Assembly (NCBI GenBank): GCA_033764955.1
Contig: JANRIL010000011.1
Coordinates: forward strand, 64,001-128,000
Direction: 5' to 3'
DNA from: Cyanobacteriota bacterium
GTDB taxonomy: Bacteria; Cyanobacteriota; Cyanobacteriia; Thermostichales; Thermostichaceae
DNA length: 64,000 bases
Shown here: in pieces, positions 37,890 to 46,131 of the stretch
Numbering within the stretch: the stretch's first letter is position 1
Layout of the letters: each line of letters begins with the position of its first letter
Program-made: the position numbers and the translations under genes
The notes under the pieces: generated by a model
Told to the model about the DNA's origin: nothing
The model's input: only the letters and a program-made list of their open reading frames with translations
The model's database searches: none

Positions 37890-40073
37890 TCAAAAAGGAC
37901 GAGCAGGGTTATATACAGGGGCTGCGGATGAATAGTGACCAGAAGTGTCTTCAGGCAAGGATCCTGGTCGCTCTTCAGAATTGAGGTCAAGTTGAATAGT
38001 GACAACACTTGGCTCCAGGCAAGGATCCTGGTCACTATTCAGCAAGCGTGGGTATGTGAAGACCTTCTTGGTGGTTTTGCCACCCCGACCGTTATGGTTG
38101 TCCACCGCCAGGGTTTCTTCGTTGACATAACCCAGTCGCCACAACTTTTTCAGGGCACGACGGGCACTGCTCCAACTGACATTGAACTCATGGGCAATCT
38201 CCTCAATCTCTCGCGGGATGTCAGGACTGCGCTCCATGAAATCGAGCAGCCGATCTTCCAGAGGGGTCTTGCCCTCTTGATTGGGATCCTTAGGTTTGAG
38301 GATCCAGGAGAAATCCTCATCATTCAGTTCCAGGGTGTGGGTGTCGTTGCAGCCAGTGCGCGACTTATCAATCACAAGCTTGCGTTCCAAGTTGCTCGGA
38401 TCCGTTTTATCCCCGTGCTTGAGCAACCAGACTTCCCCCACGTTGTCACGGATAGCGGTGGTGCCCCGCTCTATGCCCAGTTTGTTGGTGTGATGCAGCA
38501 CCAGAAAGGTCGTGCCGTATTGGTTCGCCAGATCCCGTAGCTCATAAAGCACCAGGCCATAAGCGGTATCTCGCTCTTCTGCTTCACTGTGGCGATTGGT
38601 CGCAGTTAGGGAGTCGATCATCACCAGTGCAGGCTGGTATTGCTGCAACCACTTCTTTAACAATGGCAATTGCGAGAACTGCCAGTTAGTTTTGACATAA
38701 ACCCACCCCGGATCCAAGTCAGGGAAGTTGGCATCTCTCAGTCGGGCAGCGCATTCTAGTTCGGGTTCATCGGATTGGATGATCAACACCCGCCCCTGTT
38801 TTACAGGCTTGCCATTCCAGGATCCGCCTTTGGCTATGGACAGACAGAGGTGATTTGCTAATAAGGTTTTTCCCGTGCCACCATCCGCCACCAACACTAC
38901 AATCGTTCCGGTGGGGAGAAAGCCAGGGATTAGGAAAGGACGACGCTCAGGCGATTTCTCTACAAACTGGTGAACTTCCAGCGGATCCTTGGTGTCTTTC
39001 TCCGCAACATGGTTCATCCACATCAAGGTGAGACGAGGCGTGGGGATCCGCACCTCACGGCTGATCAATTCCAGATGGTAGATCCGCTCTGAAGCTGACT
39101 CCAGTTGGTAAGCCCGTTCCAGTCGGGAGAGCAGATCTCCATAAACTTCCTGGGCAGGGGATTTATCGGCAATGAAGGGCATGGCTTGATTCGCGGCCTT
39201 TTGCAGATCTTCCAGGCTAAATCCACTATTGAGAGCATCGGAGATGTCCCAGCCCTTCGGGAAGATATCCGGTGCAGGCACCTGGGCGATGCGGGCACGG
39301 GATCCCAGCTTTTTGGCTAACTTCTCGGATCCGTTTTGCCCCGGCTGGTCACGGTCATAGAAGATCATCACCTCTCCCACCAACCGCTCCAATTCCAATT
39401 GCATCGGGATGGCATTGCAGCCACAGGTGAAGGTAGCGACTGCGATATCTTGGATCCCAACCTCTCTGACTTTCCAACCCAAGAGCATGGCATCCCACTC
39501 CCCCTCACATAGCCAAGTTTGGGTTGCGCCTTCTGGTTTGTAGGTAAAGAAGACCATCGCTGGGATCCCTTTCTGTGCCCAGGCTGTGTTCCCTGTCCAG
39601 GGTGCAATGCGGCTCTTGAGGTGATAGCTGGATCCCGCATCATCTGTGGGTATGGGAATTTGCAGATGGGATCCAAACAAACTCAGCTTGTAGTGGAGCA
39701 TCATGTCAGTGGTAAAGCCGCGCTTTCCTAGCCACTCTCTGGCGGCCACGGCATCAGGTGTTTTGCCATTCACCAGGATCCCGACATATTTCATCACCTG
39801 TATTTCGGTGTAGGCAGGCGGATCCTTCGCTTCGGATGGTGATGCCAGACTAGGCTTACGTAGAACAGAATCTACAGCTTTGGGTTTGGGCTGACCTACT
39901 GCCTCACGGATCTCTTCCACCGAACACCCCGCATGGCAAAGATAGGCACCGTCGGATCCCGGCACGATAGCCAAGGATCGTTGCCTGGGTCTACGACCTT
40001 TCTTGATCTCGCAACTGGGACAGTAAGCGCGTCCATTGCGGTCAAACTCAATATGTTCACGAATGTCAAACAT
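37890..40073 (-). CDS. Primase-helicase (paralogue)
   Basis: Nearly identical to 27219-29393 apart from the linker and C-terminal tail. Confidence 0.9.
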   Translation of the reverse strand: MFDIREHIEFDRNGRAYCPSCEIKKGRRPRQRSLAIVPGSDGAYLCHAGCSVEEIREAVGQPKPKAVDSVLRKPSLASPSEAKDPPAYTEIQVMKYVGILVNGKTPDAVAAREWLGKRGFTTDMMLHYKLSLFGSHLQIPIPTDDAGSSYHLKSRIAPWTGNTAWAQKGIPAMVFFTYKPEGATQTWLCEGEWDAMLLGWKVREVGIQDIAVATFTCGCNAIPMQLELERLVGEVMIFYDRDQPGQNGSEKLAKKLGSRARIAQVPAPDIFPKGWDISDALNSGFSLEDLQKAANQAMPFIADKSPAQEVYGDLLSRLERAYQLESASERIYHLELISREVRIPTPRLTLMWMNHVAEKDTKDPLEVHQFVEKSPERRPFLIPGFLPTGTIVVLVADGGTGKTLLANHLCLSIAKGGSWNGKPVKQGRVLIIQSDEPELECAARLRDANFPDLDPGWVYVKTNWQFSQLPLLKKWLQQYQPALVMIDSLTATNRHSEAEERDTAYGLVLYELRDLANQYGTTFLVLHHTNKLGIERGTTAIRDNVGEVWLLKHGDKTDPSNLERKLVIDKSRTGCNDTHTLELNDEDFSWILKPKDPNQEGKTPLEDRLLDFMERSPDIPREIEEIAHEFNVSWSSARRALKKLWRLGYVNEETLAVDNHNGRGGKTTKKVFTYPRLLNSDQDPCLEPSVVTIQLDLNSEERPGSLPEDTSGHYSSAAPVYNPARPF

Positions 40074-40084
40074 AGATCACCCCC

Positions 40085-40372
40085 TCAAAACAGCGGGATT
40101 TGCTTGTCAGGTGGCGGATATCGTTCCGGCCAGACTTCTTGCACAGACTTTCCCAGCAGCGCCGCAATCCCTTCTTCCACCCGCCGCGAGCGTTTGCCGT
40201 GCAGCACCCGCGAAACAGTTTGCTTGCACACTCCCAGATGCTCTGCCACTTTCACCACCGACCAGCCCAGCATTCGCAGCTCAGACTTAATCCGCTCAAC
40301 ACGGAGATAGGAGTCCGCTACAGGAACCGATCCAGTCAATGGCATCTTTGAGCCAAAGTAGCTATCCGTCAT
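40085..40372 (-). CDS. Ner/Nlp-like regulator
   Basis: IKSELRMLGWSV..VAEHLGV...IAALLGK...EVWPERY; start uncertain. Confidence 0.85.
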   Translation of the reverse strand: MTDSYFGSKMPLTGSVPVADSYLRVERIKSELRMLGWSVVKVAEHLGVCKQTVSRVLHGKRSRRVEEGIAALLGKSVQEVWPERYPPPDKQIPLF

Positions 40373-40413
40373 ATCTGACGAACCTATTTAGAAATAGGGT
40401 TAGCGAACGAGTG

Positions 40414-40467
40414 GTCAGACAAGTCTGACTGAGTTTTAACTTTTCTCGCTGGTCAGACTTGTCTGAC
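40414..40467. promoter_or_regulatory. Two 16-bp palindromic operators GTCAGAC-WW-GTCTGAC
   Basis: GTCAGACAAGTCTGAC at 40414 and GTCAGACTTGTCTGAC at 40452, between Ner and the repressor. Confidence 0.75.
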
Positions 40468-40567
40468 TCGTATCTATGAGTTATGCTATTCATCAAAAGA
40501 TGGAATAATGCTGGATGGCTAGACTATATCTCAGTCTTTTGCTCATCCTCAAGGGGTATCTCTGCTT

Positions 40568-41266
40568 ATGTCACGAACTTCGGTGAATCACCGCCTGGAA
40601 AATCTTCCCCCTGGAACCCTCCGCTACCGTCTGCGCCAGATCATGGGAGAAGGAACGATTCTGCATTTCGCTCAACGAGCTGGGATCCCAGACAGCTCCC
40701 TACGAAAGTATTTGGATGGAGCGCAACCTACCGCAGATCGGTTGGTGGCTCTCTCAGAACAAACTGGGGTGAATTTGCATTGGCTGTTGACGGGTGAGGG
40801 ATCCCAGTATCTGGAAACAGAGCCAGTCCCAGAACCGGAATCCGATGTGGTCTCTATCCCCCTGCATGATGTGGAAGCCAGTGCCGGATCCGGTGCGTTG
40901 CTGGATGCACCTGTGGAAGAGTTGGAGCGGATCGATTTTCAGCGCAGTTGGTTACAGCGGCAATTCCATACCAGTCCGGTAGGGTTGGTGTTGATCTATG
41001 TGCGGGGGGAATCGATGGAACCCACCCTACGCTCAGGGGACATTATTCTGGTAGATCGGAAAGTAACGGAGCCACGGGAAGGGATCTTTGTAGTGAGGTT
41101 GGATGGATCCCTGTTGGTGAAGCGGTTGCAGGTTTACCCTGGACGGCGGATTGAGGTGTGTAGTGATAATCCGGCTTACAAGCCGTTTGAGTTGAATGTG
41201 AGGCAGCCGCCAGATGATTTTGCTGTGATTGGGCGGGTGTTGGGATCCATTCGCAGTCATATTTAA
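40568..41266 (+). CDS. CI/LexA-like repressor (HTH plus S24)
   Basis: FAQRAGIPDSSLRKY, ASAGSG, VRGESMEP and LVKRL. Confidence 0.92.
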   Translation: MSRTSVNHRLENLPPGTLRYRLRQIMGEGTILHFAQRAGIPDSSLRKYLDGAQPTADRLVALSEQTGVNLHWLLTGEGSQYLETEPVPEPESDVVSIPLHDVEASAGSGALLDAPVEELERIDFQRSWLQRQFHTSPVGLVLIYVRGESMEPTLRSGDIILVDRKVTEPREGIFVVRLDGSLLVKRLQVYPGRRIEVCSDNPAYKPFELNVRQPPDDFAVIGRVLGSIRSHI

Positions 41267-41268
41267 TC

Positions 41269-41398
41269 ACTGGTTCTCCCCGAGCGCAGCGAGGGGAGAA
41301 TGCGGCGCTGAGCGGCTCGTACCTGGTTTCTCCTCGCTCCGCTTCGGGAGAACCAGGCACTCGAACAGATGCCCTACGGGTACCGCTTAGCGCCGCAT
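41269..41398. repeat. Nested GC-rich inverted-repeat cluster (REP/MITE-like)
   Basis: Two mutually inverted TGGTTCTCCC..AGCG.AGCGAGG.GA hairpins, plus a TGCGGCGCT.AGCGG...CCGCTTAGCGCCGCA stem. Confidence 0.65.
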
Positions 41399-41458
41399 CA
41401 TGCCGCTAATCTTTGGTGGAGGAAGTGTCCTGAAGATCACTTATTGGAAGAGCGACGG

Positions 41459-42265
41459 TTATTGATACCACTGCTGATACCATTGCTGCATTTGGTTGAT
41501 TTCAGCCGTTTGAGTATCGATCATCGTTTGCGCTAATTTCTGAATTTCTGGACGATCGCTATTAGCCAACACCATTTGTGCCATCATGACACCCATCTGA
41601 TGATGGGGAACCATCTCCTCAATAAAAGCACGATCAAAATCTGAGGCATTTTGTAGGGCTACCGTATTACCCAGCATAATTCTCATGCCCATACAACCCA
41701 TACCAGTTTGCCACCCAGATTGAGCCATTCGTTGTCTAGGCTGCCCCCAGTTGTGGTGCATTCCCACATCAGGCATCCGTTTACTCGGTTGCAATGACCA
41801 ATTTTGATCCCACTGTGACCAGTCTCTATTCCACCCCCCCATTCCCATTCCAGAAGTCCACTGTGGCACATCAGCACCGTACCACTGTCGATACCAACTC
41901 TGCATTTGCTCAATTTCTTGGGTTTGAGTCTTTTTGATGGATTCTGCCAAGGCACGAACTTCAGGACGTTGCGATCGCTCTAGGGCTAAATCTGCCATTG
42001 CGATCGCCCCTTGGTGGTGGGGAATCATCATGACAATAAAGTGCTGCTCTGGGTAGTTCATCATCCCTGGCATCATGGGAAACGCAGTGCCGGGAGGTGA
42101 GTTTTGCGGAGAAGAAGTCTGAGCTTGGGCTGCTGATATTGTGTCAGGGGAAAAGATAACTTTCAGGCTGGTATTAGATGCAGACACCATGACTAAAGCT
42201 GTAGCCACGCTACCCGCGAAAAGACCAGTCAGACTGTAAGCCAGCAATTTTCGGTAGTGCATCAC
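41459..42265 (-). CDS. DUF305 (CopM-like) exported Met-rich metal-binding protein; 5' end interrupted by IS1
   Basis: Two F...M.PHHQ.A/G..MA...I..TQ..EI.QM..W repeats. The native start MDRKL lies at 43047, beyond the IS. Confidence 0.88.
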   Translation of the reverse strand: MMHYRKLLAYSLTGLFAGSVATALVMVSASNTSLKVIFSPDTISAAQAQTSSPQNSPPGTAFPMMPGMMNYPEQHFIVMMIPHHQGAIAMADLALERSQRPEVRALAESIKKTQTQEIEQMQSWYRQWYGADVPQWTSGMGMGGWNRDWSQWDQNWSLQPSKRMPDVGMHHNWGQPRQRMAQSGWQTGMGCMGMRIMLGNTVALQNASDFDRAFIEEMVPHHQMGVMMAQMVLANSDRPEIQKLAQTMIDTQTAEINQMQQWYQQWYQ

Positions 42266-43032
42266 AAAGTAATGATATCATGAAGCAGATTTTATACCAT
42301 TAGATGAAATGAGCCTAATTACCTGTCCTGATTGCCAGTCATCAGAAGTTGTTAAATACGGAAAAATTCACTCAGGCAAACAAAGATATCGATGCCATTC
42401 TTGTCATCGTCAATTTGTGCTTAAACCAAATAGGATAAAAGTCTCAAGTCAAGTAAAAGCTTTCATAGATAAATTACTCCTTGAGAGACTTTCTCTGGCT
42501 GCAATAGCGAGGGTGATTGGCGTCTCTCTCACATGGCTGCAAAAATATGTCAATCGTAAGGCTCTCTTCACTTCGGAAATCATGGATATTCCTCCCACAA
42601 AACCCACTAACTTAACCCTGCAATGTGATGAGATGTGGTCATTTGTTGGGTCTAAAGCTAATCAAAAATGGGTGTGGCTAGCAATTGATGCAGATACTGG
42701 ATATGTTCTTGCTGGCTACATCGGTGACAGAACGAGAAACAGTGCTCTTTGTTTGTGGAATAGGATCCCTGTTTCTCATAGGAAACACGCTCAAGTCTAT
42801 ACTGATTTTTGGGATGCATATCAAGGCGTTATCCCCAAAAATCAACATCATCCCGTAGGCAAAGAAACTGGAAAAACGAATCGTATAGAGCGCTTCAACA
42901 ATACCTTAAGGCAGCGTATTGGTAGGCTGGTTCGTAAGGCCCTTTCCTTCTCCAAGAAGACGGAAAATCACATTTCAGCAATCTTCGGTTTTCTTCATCA
43001 CCATAATGAGTCATTACTTGTGTAGGACTACC
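42253..43032 (+). mobile_element. IS1-family element, 780 bp, with 8-bp target duplication CAATTTTC
   Basis: Ends are GGTAGTGCATCACAAAGTAATGA and TCATTACTTGTGTAGGACTACC; CAATTTTC occurs at 42245-42252 and 43033-43040. Confidence 0.92.
42309..43025 (+). CDS. IS1 transposase (InsAB in one frame)
   Basis: CPDC...GKQRYRCHSC, CDEMWSFV, YTDFW and IERFNNTLRQR. Confidence 0.92.
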   Translation: MSLITCPDCQSSEVVKYGKIHSGKQRYRCHSCHRQFVLKPNRIKVSSQVKAFIDKLLLERLSLAAIARVIGVSLTWLQKYVNRKALFTSEIMDIPPTKPTNLTLQCDEMWSFVGSKANQKWVWLAIDADTGYVLAGYIGDRTRNSALCLWNRIPVSHRKHAQVYTDFWDAYQGVIPKNQHHPVGKETGKTNRIERFNNTLRQRIGRLVRKALSFSKKTENHISAIFGFLHHHNESLLV

Positions 43033-43167
43033 CAATTTTCTGTCCATAGTGGCTTATCAAGGCTACATGATCACCTTATCAGCATCTAGTGAAATGATGA
43101 TAAGTCAGAAAGATATCTTTACCGTATTCTGATGCTCCTTAATACTCAAGCTCAATCCACTAGTCTG

Positions 43168-43962
43168 GGTAGTGCTAGCCGGATAAGGATGCATTGTAAT
43201 GATGCAAAAAATTAAAGATCGCTCCTATATGGTTCTCTAACTTTTTGGAAAAGGACAGTCCGCGTCTCACCAATCTCGATATTCTTTGTCTAAGCGTGTT
43301 ATTGAAGTGCTCAATCATATTCGTTTTTCCAGTGGTTTTGTCAACTTGCCTTAACTGTTTTTTAGACATCACTCCTCTATAACTTTTCCAGTGATCCGTG
43401 TAAAAAATTGATTGTTTACGATAAGATTTTGGTAATAGTTTCCATAAGGTCTTCGCTGACTTCTTAGAACGATCACCAACAAATACCGCCACAACTTTAC
43501 GAGTTGAAGTATCCATTGCTAGCCAGATCCACTGCTCATTTTTTTATTCCCAACAATGCTCCACATCTCATCACACTGCAGGATTGATAGGCTGACAGAT
43601 CCAGGATTTTCCGGTTCTTTCTCGAGGATCCAAGCAGTCCACATATACTTGTGATTGACATAATTTTGTAGCCACTTGCTAGAGATGCGCAAAGCTCGAC
43701 TTATTCCTGCTAAAGAGAGTCGTTCTAATAAGAGTCGATCCACAATCTCAATAGTTATAGGAGAAACAGTCTGAGGTTAAGGATTTTCAATAAACTGGCG
43801 AAGGGATGCGCAACACTTATGATTTTATTTGCCGTTATGAGTTTTACCATTCTTAACTACATTAGAAGATCCACATTGAAGGCAGGTAAGCATAGGATAT
43901 AATCCAATCTTCAAGAACAGAATAATCTGTCATTTTACTATCCTAATCCCGACATGGCTACC
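43168..43962 (-). mobile_element. Degenerate IS1-family element (transposase pseudogene)
   Basis: Fragments CDEMWS, YTDHW and IEHFNNTLRQR lie in different frames. IRs are GGTAGCCATGTCGGGATTAGGAT and GGTAGTGCTAGCCGGATAAGGAT; no TSD seen. Confidence 0.85.
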
Positions 43963-44035
43963 CATACCAACGGATCCCGTTATTCTCAGAAAATTGCCAA
44001 ATAAATTTACCTGGCGACGAAAGATCAATCCCAAA

Positions 44036-45583
44036 CTAATCCAAGCCATAAGTTCTCCTGTTGGTCAGAGCAATAAATCCCAAACACAAAGTGATCAGTC
44101 CTGTCACTCGAATCAAATAGTCTCCCCAGATTTGATACACGGTGATCTCTTCTCGCACAAAGATCTTTCCAACAACCACACCTTGTTGAAAGATTTCGCC
44201 CTGCTGTTGGATCCGTCCACTGGGATCCACAATTAGGTTGCCGCCTGTGTTGTTGACAAAGACAAAACTTCGCCGATTTTCGATAGCACGAAATACTGAG
44301 AGGATCCCGTGCAAGTGAGGCCAGTTGCTATTGCCAAACCAAATGTCATCGGAGATAGCAATGAGTAACTGAGCACCCGCATCAACCAAGTTTCTACTCG
44401 CATTAGGCAGCACGCTTTCTAAGCAGATCATCAAGCCTAACTGCCCAAACCTGTCACCCTTGAGGGGACGATAGCTATCTGGAGGGGGGATGTAACGTTG
44501 AGTCTCGAAGTAGGGAAAAAGCCACTGCTTACCGTAGCGATCTTGAAATTGACCTGTTGCATCGTAGAGCAAAGCCGAGTTGTTGAATTTCTTGGACTGA
44601 TCAGGAGCATGGACATCACGAGGATCCGGTTCGGCGGCTCCGGTGATCCAGGCTCCAGTTGGGGGCAAGATCTGCTTGAGCCCCGCCAGTAGATAGGGTT
44701 CTAGGGGTGTGTTTTGCAGTCGCCCTCGCAATGCCCCTTCCGGCCAGATGATCAGTTCGGCTCCTTGTTCAACACCTTTTTGCGAGAGTGCCAGCAACTC
44801 TTGATATCGCTGGGTTCGATACTCTTGAGTGTAGGGAGATGCGGCATCGAACCAAGCAACGGGCTGCACCGCCGCAACCATGAAGAAGGGATCCGTCAGG
44901 TGAGAATACATATCCAGCCGGATCAGACCATACCCCAGCACGAGGCTCCATACCCCCAATCCGACTCCCCCTGTCATGGCGATCTGAGCGCGCCAAACAC
45001 GGGGATCCCTGAACCCATTTCTCCGTTGCCGCATCAGAGTCGCCAGAGCAGCTAATGTGGCATTCATCAGCACCGCCACAAAAGTCACTCCCCAGATCCC
45101 TGTCAGGTCAGCGATTTGGATCCCTAAAGGCCAGTCGTAGAGCAAAGATCCCCAATGAAAGGGAATCGGAAACCAGACTAAACCCAGGATCCCGTCTAGC
45201 CCAGTCCAAACAGTGGCAATAGCCAATGGACGAATCCACAAGGGGACAACCCTCGTCAATGCCAGACTGAGAACAGTAGCTGTCACATAAAATAAAGGCA
45301 CGATGGGGGCAATAGCGATCCCACCCAAGATTTCCCAGGCTTCCAGCACTTTCACCGAAAAGAGATCCGGCAAAAAGACGAAGGCACAGAAGATAAACCA
45401 GACCCCAAAGCTCCAGCGCACCTGACTCCAAAAAGGGAGATTCCAAGAGAGCAATAAAAGGGGCGAAATGCCAATCAAGGCAGCCGGATAGAGATGTAAC
45501 CAACGATTGGGGGATCCCAACACCAGCAGCACAACCGCCAACCCTGCCAACGCTAGGGATCCTTTGGGATGGGGGATCCTCAT
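44036..45583 (-). CDS. lnt: Apolipoprotein N-acyltransferase
   Basis: Multi-TM N-half (Q.ADLTGIWGVTF) and a nitrilase triad: IWPEGA, YGKQWL, ICLES; also RAIENRR. Confidence 0.88.
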   Translation of the reverse strand: MRIPHPKGSLALAGLAVVLLVLGSPNRWLHLYPAALIGISPLLLLSWNLPFWSQVRWSFGVWFIFCAFVFLPDLFSVKVLEAWEILGGIAIAPIVPLFYVTATVLSLALTRVVPLWIRPLAIATVWTGLDGILGLVWFPIPFHWGSLLYDWPLGIQIADLTGIWGVTFVAVLMNATLAALATLMRQRRNGFRDPRVWRAQIAMTGGVGLGVWSLVLGYGLIRLDMYSHLTDPFFMVAAVQPVAWFDAASPYTQEYRTQRYQELLALSQKGVEQGAELIIWPEGALRGRLQNTPLEPYLLAGLKQILPPTGAWITGAAEPDPRDVHAPDQSKKFNNSALLYDATGQFQDRYGKQWLFPYFETQRYIPPPDSYRPLKGDRFGQLGLMICLESVLPNASRNLVDAGAQLLIAISDDIWFGNSNWPHLHGILSVFRAIENRRSFVFVNNTGGNLIVDPSGRIQQQGEIFQQGVVVGKIFVREEITVYQIWGDYLIRVTGLITLCLGFIALTNRRTYGLD

Positions 45584-45852
45584 GGCTGTCCTTTCAGATA
45601 GCGGTGATCGTCAAAGTTTGGAGAAGGGAGAATGGGTGGAGAGAGATCCTGCTGGCGGCTGATCCAGATCAAACAACTGGTGAGAAAAATGCCTGTGAGC
45701 AGAGTCAGCAGAAATCGCGGGTTTGGCGGATCCGGCTTGATTTTTGTCTCGATTCGGTTATCGAGGTATGGGATCAAAGATTGGAACTGAATTAAACGCA
45801 CTTCATCACCCAAAAACACAACAAAAGAGTGCAGCAGCCAATTAACCCGCAC
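45580..45852 (-). CDS. Small membrane hypothetical protein
   Basis: One TM segment, overlapping the lnt start; start uncertain. Confidence 0.4.
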   Translation of the reverse strand: MRVNWLLHSFVVFLGDEVRLIQFQSLIPYLDNRIETKIKPDPPNPRFLLTLLTGIFLTSCLIWISRQQDLSPPILPSPNFDDHRYLKGQP

Positions 45853-45867
45853 AGCAAGAGATGACTG

Positions 45868-46080
45868 TCAGAATTCTTGGTCAAGATGAAGGATCTGATC
45901 GTTGAGACTGGCTTCTACAAATTGCTCCAGAATTTTGAGATCAGTGTCGTCAAACAGCCCTTGCTCCAACAAACGCCAGAGATGTCTTTCTTGCCCAACA
46001 GAGAGGAGTCCTGTTCGCAAAGCCTCTTCACAAATGTCCTGGATGCTCCAGTTTTCCATGCAGTCCAGCACCATCCGCAT
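45868..46080 (-). CDS. Small cyanobacterial hypothetical protein
   Basis: IQDICEEALRTGLLSVGQERHL..LL is a pattern seen in small cyanobacterial proteins. Confidence 0.6.
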   Translation of the reverse strand: MRMVLDCMENWSIQDICEEALRTGLLSVGQERHLWRLLEQGLFDDTDLKILEQFVEASLNDQILHLDQEF

Positions 46081-46131
46081 CGATCCGCTACGACAGGGAT
46101 CAGCGTAGCCGTCAACGGTGGCAAAGTCGGG

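Larger units (their letters stand above)
33249..41266. mobile_element. Core of integrative satellite-like element B, an inverted paralogue of element A with a TA pair
   Basis: The same six genes in mirror order. The right boundary is not defined and may extend through the metal-resistance cargo. Confidence 0.75.

Noticed and set aside
27219..40073. Assembly artefact producing an inverted duplication
   Set aside because: The copies differ by many synonymous changes, indels, different tails, operators and a TA insertion, consistent with real paralogues. Long-read confirmation is still advisable.
21587..41266. Complete tailed prophage
   Set aside because: No terminase, portal, HK97-type capsid or tail genes are recognisable in the window.
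43021..43032. AGTCCTAC match to the cassette leader motif
   Set aside because: It is part of the IS1 terminal inverted repeat and lacks the GG-N3-KKGTG-RBS continuation, so it is probably coincidental.
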